Positions 28,621 to 39,447 of a DNA stretch of 64,000 nt are shown in pieces; within the stretch, counting starts at the first letter, position 1, and each line of letters opens with the position of its first letter. The notes under the pieces were generated by a model, which was not told where the DNA came from, did no database searches, and saw only the letters and a list, made by a program, of their open reading frames with translations. Origin of the DNA: an uncultured Chloroflexia bacterium (GTDB lineage: Bacteria; Chloroflexota; Limnocylindria; Limnocylindrales; CSP1-4); NCBI GenBank assembly GCA_963802165.1, contig CAWDHT010000017.1:245077-309076 (forward strand), given 5' to 3'. Both the position numbers and the translations under genes were made by a program.

Positions 28621-28880
28621 GTCCTCCCCGCCCGGGCGTCGTCCAGGCTGCCTCCCTGATCGCGATGCAGTCGCCACACGCCGACCTGTGGGCCGTGCGC
28701 AGGCACGGTGCCGCCTGACTCCGCTCCGGGTCAAACTGGGCAGGCTGACGCAGAGGTCATGGCCGAAATCGACGGGATCCTGGGCGAGGCCTGCGGCCCA
28801 GGCGCCGATCTGACTCCGGGCCGAGTTGCGGCCGGGTGGGGCGGGGGCCTGGAGATGGCCGACCGGGGATGGCCCCCGTG

Positions 28881-29768
28881 CTACCCCTCCAGCTCGCAGC
28901 CGGCCGCGGCGCAGTCCTCTGCGAAGCGCTCGAGCGCCCCGTCGTCGTCGACGGATGCGGCGACCAGGGTCATGACCCGGTCCACGCCCGCGTCCGCATA
29001 GCGCCGCAGCAGGTCCACCCGCACGTCCCCCTCGCGGGCGGTGTCCTCCAGACCCACGTTGACCGACAGCCGCAGCGTCGCCGGGTCCCGGCCCAGCTCC
29101 TCGCAACGTGACGCGATGACGGGCCGGGCAGCCTCAACCTCCGCGGGCGTGAGCCAGTCCAGGTTCAGCTCGTCGGCGAAGCGCGCCGCTAGCCGCCACG
29201 TCCGGTTGGGGCCGTTGCCGCCGACGAGGATCGGGATCCGCGGCTGCTGCAGCCCGCGCGGGACGTTGATCGCATCGCGCACGCGCGCCGCCGGGCCCTC
29301 GTAGGTGGCGCGGCCCCCACCCAGCATCCGGGTGGCGATCTCGAGGGCGTCCTCGAGCATCTCCATGCGGGTCCGCAGCGGCGGGAAGCCGAACCCGTAC
29401 GCGACGTACTCGTCCTCCTTCCAGCCGGCGCCCAGCCCCAGCTCGGCGCGTCCGCCGGAGATGACGTCCAGCGTGGAGATCATCTTGGCGACCAACGCCG
29501 GGTTGCGGTAGCCGGCGCACAGGACCAGGTGGCCGAGGCGCACGCGTGCGGTCTCCGCCGCCAGCGCGCTGAGGCCGACGAACGCCTCGAACGTGATCTC
29601 GTCAGTAGGCACGGGCTCCGTCTGGACATGGTCGAACATCCAGACCGAGTCGAAGCCGAGCGCCTCCGCCCCGTGCGCGACCGCGACCGTGCGCGCCCAC
29701 GCGCGAGCCGGGTCCCAGCCGTCGTACTCGCCCGTCCACCCCTGGGGGACGATGATCCCGACCTTCAT
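28881..29768 (-). CDS. LLM-class F420-dependent oxidoreductase (luciferase-like)
   Basis: MKVGIIVPQG...FDSVWMFDH...GGRAELGLGAGW...ILVGGNGPNRTWRLAARFADE. Confidence 0.75.
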   Translation of the reverse strand: MKVGIIVPQGWTGEYDGWDPARAWARTVAVAHGAEALGFDSVWMFDHVQTEPVPTDEITFEAFVGLSALAAETARVRLGHLVLCAGYRNPALVAKMISTLDVISGGRAELGLGAGWKEDEYVAYGFGFPPLRTRMEMLEDALEIATRMLGGGRATYEGPAARVRDAINVPRGLQQPRIPILVGGNGPNRTWRLAARFADELNLDWLTPAEVEAARPVIASRCEELGRDPATLRLSVNVGLEDTAREGDVRVDLLRRYADAGVDRVMTLVAASVDDDGALERFAEDCAAAGCELEG

Positions 29769-29807
29769 CTCACACCTCCACTGGAGGGGGATCCGAGCGG
29801 ACTACAC

Positions 29808-30194
29808 CTAGCGCCGCTCCAGGATGGGACGCGCCTTCTCCGGGTCATCGACGATGAACGCGAACGTCGCCCTGTCGCTCCAGCGGCCCAGGAACAGGTG
29901 ACCGAGGACGTTGACGCCGGCATCCGAGAGCTCGCGTGCGATGCGGGCCATGCCGCCGGGCTTGTCGTCCACCTCGGCCAGCAGGGACTCGCCCTCGAGG
30001 AAGGTCCAGCCGCCGTCCTCCAGCACCTGGCGGGCCCGGTCGTCATCGGCCGTGGTCATGATGAAGTGGCCGACCTCGCCCAGGCCTCCCCCACCGATGG
30101 CGCGCAGGTCCACGCCCGCATCGGCCATCTGCTCCGCGAGCAGGGCCATCTGGCCGGGTGTGTTGGTGACCTGGACGACGAACTGCCTGGGCAT
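29808..30194 (-). CDS. ACT-domain protein (tandem ACT)
   Basis: MPRQFVVQVTNTPGQMALLAEQMADAGVDLRAIGG... and a second unit ...KPGGMARIARELSDAGVNV... Confidence 0.6.
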   Translation of the reverse strand: MPRQFVVQVTNTPGQMALLAEQMADAGVDLRAIGGGGLGEVGHFIMTTADDDRARQVLEDGGWTFLEGESLLAEVDDKPGGMARIARELSDAGVNVLGHLFLGRWSDRATFAFIVDDPEKARPILERR

Positions 30195-30290
30195 CGGGGC
30201 CTCCGGGCGGCGGGCTGCCGCGGCTGGGTCGGGACGAGGACCGGATTCTCGCACGGCCGCGCGCGGGCCGCACCCGGGTGGCGACCGCCG

Positions 30291-31760
30291 TTATCCCTGG
30301 CGGATGGCGATCGCGCGCCGGTACGCCTCGAGATACCGCGGCGCCGAACCCGTGACCCAGTTGAAGTCCATGGCCATGCCCCTGTCGCGCAGTGCCTCCC
30401 AGGCCACCGGATCGCCGGAGCGCATGGCCGCCGCCCGCGCGACGGCCGCTACGAGCGCCGCCGGGGTCGCCGCGTCGAACACGAAGCCGGTCCCCTCCCC
30501 CGGACGTTCACGCGCGTCGATGACGGAGTCCGCCAGGCCACCGGTCCGCCGCACGACAGGGGGCGTGCCGTAGCGCAGGGCAATCATCTGGCCCTGGCCG
30601 CAGGGCTCGAACCGGCTGGGCATCAGGAACAGGTCGGCGCCGGCGTAGATTCGGCGGGCCATGTCCCGGTCGAAGCGCTCGATGAGCGCCACACGGGTCG
30701 GATTGGCCGCGGCGAGCGCGCGGAATGGGTCCGCGAGCGACGCGTGCCCACTGCCCTGGACGATGACCCGGGTGCCCGCCGATAGCAGCCTGCGCGCGCC
30801 GTCGGCCAGCAGATCGAACCCCTTCTGGGGATCCATGCGGCCGATCATCCCCAGCACCACCCCGTCATCGTCCGGGTCGAAGCCCACGCGAGCGAGCAGG
30901 TCTGCTCGGCAGGCAGCCTTGCCGACGGTGTCGCCGCGCGCGTAGGGAGCGGCCAGGGCGGGGTCGGTGGCCGGGTCCCACACCTCCGGGTCGATTCCGT
31001 TGAGGATCCCGATGAACCGGTCGCCGAGACCGCGCAGCGCTTCGTCCAGGCCCATCCCGAACGCCGGCGTCAGCGCCTCGGCGGCGAATCCGGGCGAGAC
31101 GGTGTTGACCAGCTCGGCGTACCGGATCCCCGTCAAGAGAAGGTCGACACCGTCCGGGTTGGGCCCGGCCAGCGGATCGTCGGTGGCGAGTCCCAGCTGA
31201 TCGGCATCCTCGATGTCGGTCCAGCCGTGATACGCGAGATTGTGGAGCGTGAGGGTCACCGCCATGCCGGCGAAGAACGGGTCCCCCGCCGCCTCGCCGT
31301 GAGCCCGCTCCAGCAGGGCAGGGCCGGTGTGCCAGTCGTGCACGTGGAGCACGTCGAGGGGGGCGCCATCCCGCCTGAGGGCGGCCAGCGCCGCCCGGCA
31401 GAAGACCGAGAACCGCCACGGGTCGTCGGGATGGTCGTAGAACGCGTCACGATCGAACGCGGCGGGCATGTCCACCAGGCGCAGCCGGTAGCCATCGGCC
31501 GCGACGTCGATGATCGTCACCGGCATCGGCGCGCCGTCACGGGGATCGGCGATGGTGAGGGTCGGTTCCGCCACTGCCGCAGGCGGCACCGTCACCGATC
31601 GGTAGCGGGGCAGGAACACGTCGACGGGGGCTTGGAGCCCGGCGCCCGCCTCGGGGAGCCTGCCGAGAGCCCGGGCCAACGCGTCCACCACGTCGGCGAG
31701 GCCGCCGGTCTTGGCCCACGGCTCACATTCGGCGGCAAGGAGCGCGACTCGGATCGTCAT
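30291..31760 (-). CDS. glgA: Glycogen (starch) synthase, ADP-glucose type
   Basis: MTIRVALLAAECEPWAKTGGLADVVDALARAL (KTGGL motif) and the C-terminal GT-B region ...PSRFEPCGQGQMIALRYGTPPVVRRTGGLADSV. Confidence 0.85.
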   Translation of the reverse strand: MTIRVALLAAECEPWAKTGGLADVVDALARALGRLPEAGAGLQAPVDVFLPRYRSVTVPPAAVAEPTLTIADPRDGAPMPVTIIDVAADGYRLRLVDMPAAFDRDAFYDHPDDPWRFSVFCRAALAALRRDGAPLDVLHVHDWHTGPALLERAHGEAAGDPFFAGMAVTLTLHNLAYHGWTDIEDADQLGLATDDPLAGPNPDGVDLLLTGIRYAELVNTVSPGFAAEALTPAFGMGLDEALRGLGDRFIGILNGIDPEVWDPATDPALAAPYARGDTVGKAACRADLLARVGFDPDDDGVVLGMIGRMDPQKGFDLLADGARRLLSAGTRVIVQGSGHASLADPFRALAAANPTRVALIERFDRDMARRIYAGADLFLMPSRFEPCGQGQMIALRYGTPPVVRRTGGLADSVIDARERPGEGTGFVFDAATPAALVAAVARAAAMRSGDPVAWEALRDRGMAMDFNWVTGSAPRYLEAYRRAIAIRQG

Positions 31761-32064
31761 TGGTGGATCGTATCGCCCGGGGGTCCCGAAGGGGCGTCGC
31801 ACCGGCCCCCTCTGACCCGGCGCCCACCGGCGCTATGGTCCGTTCGCCGAGCGCCTACCTCGCCACGCGCCCGGCGCTGTTCGGCCGCGTGCCCCCGACC
31901 GGACGTCCGGAGGCACAGGGCGGTGGAGATATCGACTCACCGGGCCGTAGACCCGCGCGGGGCCTGTTTGCGCGGGGCCTGTTTGCGCGGGACACCACTG
32001 GCGACAGGCCGGCTGGCTAAACCGGTTCACGCGCCCCGGGGATGCCGTCTATCATCTCCCCCTC

Positions 32065-34250
32065 ATGGAACCCCTCGTCCAGATTCCCGTCGCGCCCGGC
32101 GCTTCGTTCACTCTGCCGCCCAAGCTCGAGGGCCTCCGGCGGCTGGCCTACAACCTGTGGTGGGCCTGGCACCCCGAGGCTCGCACGCTGTTCTCGCGGA
32201 TCGATGCGGGCAGGTGGGCCCGGTTCCGTAACCCCATCCCGCTACTTGCCGGCACCGTGAACTGGGCACAGCTGCTCGACAACCCGGCGTTCATGGCCGA
32301 GTACGAGGACATCCTTCGCGAGTTCGACGCCTACATGGCGAACGGTTCGGACCACTGGTTCCAGCGCGAGCACGCCGATGCGCTTGACGGGCCGATCGCG
32401 TACTTCTGCGCGGAGTACGGCTTCCACGAGTCGCTCGGAATCTACTCCGGTGGCCTCGGCGTCCTCGCCGGCGACCACATGAAGACCGCCTCGGACATGG
32501 CCCTGCCCGTGGTCGGCGTGGGGCTCATGTACCGCCGCGGCTTCTTCCGCCAGGCCATCGACGCGGACGGACACCAGGAGCACGCCTACCCGGACTTCGA
32601 GCTCTCGCGGCTGCCGATCTGCGGGCCAAGGATCGTCTCGGTCGTCCCCTGACGGTGAGCATCGAGCTCCCCGGTCGCGAGCTGTTCGCCGCGGTGTGGG
32701 TCGCCCAGGTCGGACGGGTGCCGGTCCTGCTGCTGGACACGGATCTGGCCGAGAACGACGACTCGGATCGCCCGATCACGCACATCCTGTACGTGCGCGG
32801 CCGGGAGATGCGCCTCCACCAGGAGCTGGTGCTGGGCGTGGGCGGGGTGCGGGCCCTGCGGGAGCTGGACATCTCGCCCGCGGTCTGGCACCTCAACGAG
32901 GGCCACTCGGCATTCCTCCTGGCCGAGCGGGCGCGCGAGCAGGTGGCCGGTGGCGCCTCCGTCGACGAGGCCTGGACGACCGTCGGCCGCAACAGCGTGT
33001 TCACGATCCACACGCCCGTCTCCGCGGGCAACGAGCGCTTCGACACCGACCTGGTGCGCCGGGTCGCGGGTCCCCTGTTCGAGGGCGATGGACGCCGGCA
33101 CACTGGCGGCATCCCGCTCGATCGGCTGCTGGAGCTGGGCCGGGGTGTGGACCGCGACCCCAGCCAGTTCGACATGACGGCCTTCTCGCTGCGCCTGACC
33201 AATGGCGCCAACGCCGTCTCGGCCCTCCACGCCCACACGGCCAACGGGACCTGGTCCGGCCTGGCGCCCCACGAGATCCTGGGCCTGACCAACGGCGTCC
33301 ACACGCCGACCTGGGTCGGCCGGCCCATGCGGGAGATCCTGGAGCGATACGCCGACGCGGACCTCGACTCCATGGACGATGAGCCCGAGGAGCGCCGCTT
33401 CTGGGAGCGCACCGCGAAGGTCCCCACGTCCGAGCTGTGGGAGGCGCACCAGCGCCAGAAGCTTGAGCTGGCGATCTTCGCCCGCGGCCGACTGCGCAGC
33501 CAGTTTGCCCGCCACGGTGAGGCGCCCGGAACCCTGGAGGAGCTCGAGGAGGTCCTGGATCCCGGCATCCTCACCATCGGCTTCGCGCGCCGGTTCGCCA
33601 CCTACAAGCGCGCCGCGCTGCTGTTCAGCGACCTGGACCGCCTGACCCGCATCCTGTGGGACGCCGACCGGCCGGTGCAGGTTGTCTTCGCAGGCAAGGC
33701 CCACCCGGCCGACCGACCGGGCCAGGGCGTGATCCAGGACATCTTCAGCCGCTCGCGCAGCGCCAAGCTCCGCGGCCGGGTGTTCATCCTCGAGGATTAC
33801 GACATCCGGATCGCGCGCTTCCTCGTGCAGGGCGTGGACGTCTGGCTCAACAATCCGCGCCGCCCCCTCGAGGCGTCTGGCACGTCCGGCATGAAGGCCG
33901 CCGCCAACGGGGTGCTCAACATGAGCGTGCTGGACGGCTGGTGGGACGAGGGCTGGACGGGCGACAACGGCTGGGCCATCGGCACGCGAGAGACCAACCC
34001 GGACGAGGGCGCCCAGGACTGGGCCGACGCGCAGGACCTGTACCGAATCCTGGAGCAGGAGCTCATCCCGGCCTACTACGAGCGCGACGCCGCCGGCCTC
34101 CCCGCACGTTGGGCGCAGCTCATGCGCAACTCCATCGCCAGCACCATCTGGCGCTTCTCCACCACGCGCATGCTCCACGAGTACGTGGAGCGCCTGTACC
34201 TGCCGGCGGCAACCCCCGACGACGCGCAGCGGACGACCCGGACCAAGTAG
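32065..34250 (+). pseudogene. glgP: Alpha-glucan phosphorylase (GlgP, GT35 family), frameshifted
   Basis: ORF 32065..32652 (...AYFCAEYGFHESLGIYSGGLGVLAGDHMKTASDM...) and ORF 32655..34250 (...WHLNEGHSAFLLAERA...ASGTSGMKAAANG...) are contiguous. The frame change is at about 32618-32632, in a ggg run that is probably one G short. Confidence 0.8.
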
Positions 34251-34297
34251 CGACCCGGGCACGTGGCTGCCCATCGCCATCACAGAGGACGGCACTC

Positions 34298-36460
34298 GTG
34301 GCTCCCCGAATCTCCCTCGCCCTGGCGATCCACAATCACCAGCCCGTGGGCAACTTCGGCTGGGTGTTCGCCGAGGTGTACGAGCGCGCCTATCTGCCGC
34401 TACTCGAGGCCTTGGAGCGCCACCCGGGGGTCCGACTCTCGCTGCACTACACCGGTCCGCTGCTCGAGTGGCTGGCCGCGGAGCGCCCCGAGTTCCTCGC
34501 GCGCCTGGGAGTGCTGGTCGCGCGCGACCAGGTGGAGCTCCTGGGGGGCGGCCTGTACGAGCCGATCCTCGCCTCTCTGCCCGAGCAGGACCGCATCGAC
34601 CAGCTGACCCGAATGGCCTCGACCATCCAGGGCCTGACGGGCCGCCGACCCTCCGGCGCCTGGCTCGCGGAACGAGTCTGGGAGCCGGACCTGCCGACGT
34701 CCCTGGCGCGGGCCGGCTATCGCTGGACCATCCTGGACGATCAGCACTTCCGGGCGGCCGCCATCCCGGAGGCGAACCTCTGGGGCGCCTACACGACGGA
34801 GGACCAGGGCAACCTGCTCACGGTCTTCGGCACCGAGCAGGGCCTCCGCTATCGCATCCCGTTCGGCAACGTGGAGGACGTGATCGGCTACCTCCGGGAA
34901 CACGCGACGGAGGATGGCAAGCGCGTGGGCATGATGGGCGACGACGGCGAGAAGTTCGGCGCCTGGCCCACGACCTACGAGCACTGCTGGGGCGAGCGGC
35001 GTTGGGTGGAGCGGTTCTTCGAGGCGCTCGAGGCCAACGAGGCCTGGCTGACCACCGTCACGCCCTCGCAGTGGCTGGACCGCGAGCCGCCCATCGGCCG
35101 TGTCTACGTCCCGACGTCCTCGTACGCGGAGATGGGCGAGTGGGCCCTGCCGCCGGACGAGACCGTCGTGTTCACCAGGCTGCTCCACGATGCCGTGGCC
35201 AGACATTCGCCCGAGGCCCGCTGGCTGCGCGGCGGGTTCTGGCGCAACTTCCAGGTCAAGTACCGGGAGATCAACGACCTCCACAAGCAGATGCTGCGGA
35301 CGTCGCGCAAGGTGGCGGCCATGCCGGAGGGTCCGGAGCGGACGTCGGCCCTGGACCACCTCCATCGCGGCCAGTCCAACGACTGCTACTGGCACGGCCT
35401 GTTCGGCGGGATCTACATCTCGCACATGCGCCTGGCCACCTACGAGCACCTGATCGCCGCCGAGGATGCGGCGGACATGCTTCTCGGCACCGCGCGCGCC
35501 GTCGAGGTCCTGGACCTCGACATGGACGGCCGGGACGAGATCCGGCTCGCCGACGTCGGGCAGGTGGTCACCGTCAAGCCCTCCGAGGGCGCGGGCGTCG
35601 GCGGCTGGGACATCCGGGCCGCGCGTCACGCGCTTGCGGCCGTGCTGCGCCGTCGACCGGAGGCGTACCACGCGACGCTGCGCGCCCACGCGGCGAAGGG
35701 CGAGACTGCGGTCGCCGGCGGCGATGTGACCGACGAGGGCGGGGTCACGTCGATCCACGACATCGTCATGGTCAAGGAGGACGGCCTGGCGGACCGTCTC
35801 CACTACGACGACCACGAGCGGCGCTCGGGCCTCGTCCGGTTCCTGGCCCCCGACGTCACCCCAGAGGCCATCGCCACGGCCGCCGAGGCGGAACTGGGCG
35901 ACTTCCGGGACGGCGAGTGGCAGGTGGACCACCTGGCCGCCGGGCAGGTCTCACTCTCGCGCGCCGGCTCCGCCCTCGGGCAGTCCATCCTGGTCTCCAA
36001 GACGATCCGCCTCGCGGGCGGACGCCTGGACCCCCGGCTGATCGTCGAGATGGAGCTCCACCACCGGGGCAGCGAGCCGATCGAGACACGCCTGGCCCTG
36101 GAGTTCTCGCTGCATGTTCTCGGCGGCGGCGGCAACCCGTCGGCGTGGTACGACGTCCGCGGCGAGCGCTCCGCGCACGACGGCACGGGCACGGCCGCCG
36201 GCGTCGAGGCCATCGGCTACGGCAACGACTGGGTCGGCGTGGCGATCGAAGCACGACCCGAGCCGGCGGCCGATGCCTGGTGGAGCCCGATCGAGACCGT
36301 CTCGAATTCCGAATCGGGCTTCGAGCGTGTCTACCAGGGCAGTACTCTGCTGCTGTCCTGGCCCGCCAGGATCGAGCCTGGCGAGACCCGCCGGTTCGCC
36401 GTGAGCCAGCAAGTGGCCGTGGCGCGGGACCGGGCCGAGGAGGAACGCGCGAGATCGTGA
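34298..36460 (+). CDS. Glycoside hydrolase family 57 protein (alpha-amylase/4-alpha-glucanotransferase type)
   Basis: ISLALAIHNHQPVGNF GH57 signature. GTG start with GAGGA 8 nt upstream. The N-terminal extension in the listed ORF (33656..) is spurious. Confidence 0.8.
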   Translation: MAPRISLALAIHNHQPVGNFGWVFAEVYERAYLPLLEALERHPGVRLSLHYTGPLLEWLAAERPEFLARLGVLVARDQVELLGGGLYEPILASLPEQDRIDQLTRMASTIQGLTGRRPSGAWLAERVWEPDLPTSLARAGYRWTILDDQHFRAAAIPEANLWGAYTTEDQGNLLTVFGTEQGLRYRIPFGNVEDVIGYLREHATEDGKRVGMMGDDGEKFGAWPTTYEHCWGERRWVERFFEALEANEAWLTTVTPSQWLDREPPIGRVYVPTSSYAEMGEWALPPDETVVFTRLLHDAVARHSPEARWLRGGFWRNFQVKYREINDLHKQMLRTSRKVAAMPEGPERTSALDHLHRGQSNDCYWHGLFGGIYISHMRLATYEHLIAAEDAADMLLGTARAVEVLDLDMDGRDEIRLADVGQVVTVKPSEGAGVGGWDIRAARHALAAVLRRRPEAYHATLRAHAAKGETAVAGGDVTDEGGVTSIHDIVMVKEDGLADRLHYDDHERRSGLVRFLAPDVTPEAIATAAEAELGDFRDGEWQVDHLAAGQVSLSRAGSALGQSILVSKTIRLAGGRLDPRLIVEMELHHRGSEPIETRLALEFSLHVLGGGGNPSAWYDVRGERSAHDGTGTAAGVEAIGYGNDWVGVAIEARPEPAADAWWSPIETVSNSESGFERVYQGSTLLLSWPARIEPGETRRFAVSQQVAVARDRAEEERARS

Positions 36461-36494
36461 CGCACACCGGCCGCGGCCTGGGCCCGCTGGAGGC

Positions 36495-37926
36495 ATGAGC
36501 CGCCCCCGCCTGGTCGTCCACGCGCACTTCTACCAGCCCATCCGGACGGATCCCTTCAGCGGTCACGTCCCGCCCGACCCGTCGGCCGCCCCGTTCCGCG
36601 ACTGGAACGAGCGGGTCACCGCCGAGTGCTACCGCCCCAACGCAGAGCGGGGCACGCTCGAGCACGTCAGCTGGAACCTCGGCCCGACGCTGACCGCGTA
36701 CCTCGCGGACGCGGCCCCGGAGGTGCTCGCGGCCTTCGCCTCGTCGGACCGGCGTGGCGGTGGCGCTGCGGGCGGCCCGGGCATCGCCCAGTCCTTCCAC
36801 CACGCGATCCTCCCGCTCGCGGCGCTCCACGATCGACGGACCGAGATCCTGTGGGGCCTGCGCGACTTCGAGCACCGCTTCGGACGACCGGCACGGGCGA
36901 TGTGGCTGCCGGAGACGGCCGCCGACCTCACGACCCTGCGCCTGATGGCGGAGGCTGGCGTGGAGGCGACGATCCTCGCGCCGTGGCAGGCCGATTCCCA
37001 CCACCTGGACAACCGGCAGCCGTACCGGGTCGACGTGGGCGGGGGCCGGCACATGACGGTCCTGTTCTACGACGCCGACCTGTCAGCGGCGGTCTCCTTC
37101 GAGCCGTCGATGACGGCCGACGCGGACCGCTTTGCCCGCGAGCGCATCGCGCCGCGCCTCGGGGGCTCGCTGCACGACGGGCGCGCACCGATGCTGGTCA
37201 TCGCGAGCGACGGCGAGCTCTACGGCCACCACCAGTCGTTCCGCGACCTGTTCCTCCACCGCCTCGTCGCGCCGTCGGAGACGACCCCGGACCGCGGGTA
37301 TCGACGTGGTCACGCTCGGCGCGGCCGCAGAGGCGGCAGCCGGACACCCGCATCCCGAGATCCGGATCCGCGACCGGACGTCGTGGAGCTGCCATCACGG
37401 CGTGCTGCGCTGGTCCGGCGAGTGTCCGGATGCCACCGACGGCCGCTGGAAGGCGCCGCTGCGGGCCGCCCTGGAGCGGCTCGCCGGTGGCATCGACGCC
37501 GCCGCAGAGGCGGTGGTCCGGGAGCTGCCCGGTCGACCCGATCTCTGGGCGGCGCGGGACCGGTACGTCGATGTGGTGATCGGGGCGCAGGAGCCAGACG
37601 CCTTCGCGGCCTCGACGCTCGGCGCCCGCTCATCCGCGGAGGACCGGCGGCTGCTCCTCGCGGTCCTCGAGGCGCAGCGCTGGCGCCTGGGCATGTTCGC
37701 GTCCTGCGGCTGGTTCTGGGAGGAGCCGGTCCGGCCGGAGACCCGCCAGGTGCTGCTGTCGGCCGCCCGGACGGCCCGGCTGATCGACGGTCTTGCGGAC
37801 ACGAACCTTGAGCGCCGGCTCGTGGCTGATCTCACCACGTTCGTGTCGCCCGGGTTCGGGATGGACGGCGCGACGATCTATCGCCACGCGCTCAGCGAGG
37901 TCGGACAGCCCCCGCCGCACGAGTAG
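36495..37926 (+). pseudogene. Second GH57-like/DUF3536-type protein, frameshifted
   Basis: MSRPRLVVHAHFYQPIR...SWNLGPTLTAYL...IAQSFHHAILPLAALHDRRTEILWGL... (ORF 36495..) continues in ORF 37132..37926 (...IDVVTLGAAAEA...). The frame change is at about 37290-37305 (cgcGGGtatc). Confidence 0.7.
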
Positions 37927-38069
37927 CCGGGGTCGGCACGGCAGGCCCTCCTCGACCGCCGCTCCTCGTTGCCCCGGAAACGCATTCGACCCCCGGCAGT
38001 GCCAGGGGTCGAATGGTTGAGCGCCGGATTGGAGGGAGGAGGTCGGCGCCCGTGTGTGTTCGGCGGCGG

Positions 38070-38205
38070 TCAGGCCATGCCCACCGGGTAGTTCGGGCGA
38101 TGCGGGTCGTCCGACTGGTCGCGGGAGTCCACGCCGAGCTCGTTGGCGGTGATCGCGAACGCCGCCAGGAAACCCATGAGGAGGACGATGAGGAGGAGTT
38201 CCATG
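38070..38205 (-). CDS. Possible small membrane ORF (about 44 aa), speculative
   Basis: Hand translation gives MELLLIVLLMGFLAAFAITANELGVDSRDQSDDPHRPNYPVGMA*. No clear ribosome-binding site and exact coordinates are uncertain. Divergent from the GntR regulator. Confidence 0.2.
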
Positions 38206-38295
38206 TGGGGTACGCTCGTTCTGTGCTTCGGGCATGACGCCCGTGGTTGATATAGTCAACTAGGCCAAGACGAACATTAGTTGGACTAGTCCACT
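38206..38295. promoter_or_regulatory. AT-rich divergent promoter/operator region upstream of the GntR gene, with two palindromes
   Basis: GTTGAtatagTCAAC (5-bp arms, GT..AC type typical of GntR operators) and TGGACTAGTCCA (perfect 12-bp palindrome), both in the only AT-rich stretch of this island. Confidence 0.45.
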
Positions 38296-39333
38296 GTGTC
38301 AAGTAGCCGGAATGGCCCGTCCTCCCCCGCCGAACGGCCCACCCCGGCCGGGACCGGGCCGGGCGGTCACGAGCTGGACATCGAGCGCGATTCGGATGTG
38401 CCGATCTCCACCCAGATCTACTGGCAGCTCGCCTACCAGATCGAGTCCGGGCGGATGCAGCCCGGCACCCGCCTGACTCCGGTCCGGGAGTTGGGGGCCG
38501 CATTGCGCGTCAACCCCAACACGGTGCGCGCCGTCTACCGCCGCCTGGCGGACGCGGGGTACGTGGTGGGGCGGCACGGCGCCGGCACGCGCGTCGTGGA
38601 CCGGCCGCCGGTGCGTCGCGGAGCGGATGCCCTGGCCGGGATCGTGGCCGAGACGCTCCGGCGGGCCGCCGCGCTCGGGTTCACCCCGGACGAGGTGGCC
38701 CAGGCGACGTTCACGGCGGCGACGGAGCGCAAGCGGCCCGGGCCGCACGTGCGCGTCCTGTTCGCCGAGTGCACCACTGCGGACGCGAACGTGGACGCCG
38801 AGCGGATCATCGAGGCGTTCCCGGAACGCGTGGAGGTCATCCCGGTCCTCCTGGACGAGCTCCCGGAACGCCTGGACCGGTACCACTACGACCTCGTCGC
38901 CACCACGACGTTCCATGCGGACGAGGCCCAGGCGTATGTCGCCGGCCGGGTGCCGGTGGTCGCGATGCTCGTGGGGCCCGGGTACATGTCGCTGGTCCAC
39001 GAGATCGGCGCGTTGACGCCGGGCTCCAAGGTGGGCGTCGTGTGCGGCTCCCAGCGCGGCGTGGAGAACATCGCGGAGGTCCTCCAGCTGTCGGGCGCGA
39101 CGGGCGTGGAGCTGATCTCCGCCGTCGCCCACACGGAGGCCGAGCTGGACCGGGTGGACCGTGAAGCGGACCTGGTGCTGCTCTCCCGGGAGGCGATGGC
39201 GCTGGGCCTCGAGTCGCGCTTCGAGCGCCCGGACCGCTTCCGCGAGTGGACCTACGAGTTCGACCCGGCGGGCCTCGAGCTGCTGCGGCGCGCGATCGAG
39301 CGGGTGGCCGCGCTGGAGCCCGGAGGCGTCTAG
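38296..39333 (+). CDS. GntR-family transcriptional regulator with C-terminal effector domain
   Basis: N-terminal winged helix ...GTRLTPVRELGAALRVNPNTVRAVYRRLADAGYVVGRHGAGTRVV... GTG start. Located inside the alpha-glucan island. Confidence 0.8.
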   Translation: MSSSRNGPSSPAERPTPAGTGPGGHELDIERDSDVPISTQIYWQLAYQIESGRMQPGTRLTPVRELGAALRVNPNTVRAVYRRLADAGYVVGRHGAGTRVVDRPPVRRGADALAGIVAETLRRAAALGFTPDEVAQATFTAATERKRPGPHVRVLFAECTTADANVDAERIIEAFPERVEVIPVLLDELPERLDRYHYDLVATTTFHADEAQAYVAGRVPVVAMLVGPGYMSLVHEIGALTPGSKVGVVCGSQRGVENIAEVLQLSGATGVELISAVAHTEAELDRVDREADLVLLSREAMALGLESRFERPDRFREWTYEFDPAGLELLRRAIERVAALEPGGV

Positions 39334-39447
39334 GCGCCGAGGCCCGGGCTCGGAGCCAGGGCCCTGGCCAGGGTCAGGAAACCGCACCCCAGCCCAAGCG
39401 TCAACGTGCGGTCGCGGCGGCGGGTGCGAAGGTGCGACACTTGCCCG

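Noticed and set aside
33656-34297. N-terminal 214-codon extension of the GH57 ORF
   Set aside because: It overlaps the GlgP C-terminus in a different frame and translates to G/R/P-rich nonsense. The GH57 protein starts at the GTG at 34298 with a good ribosome-binding site.
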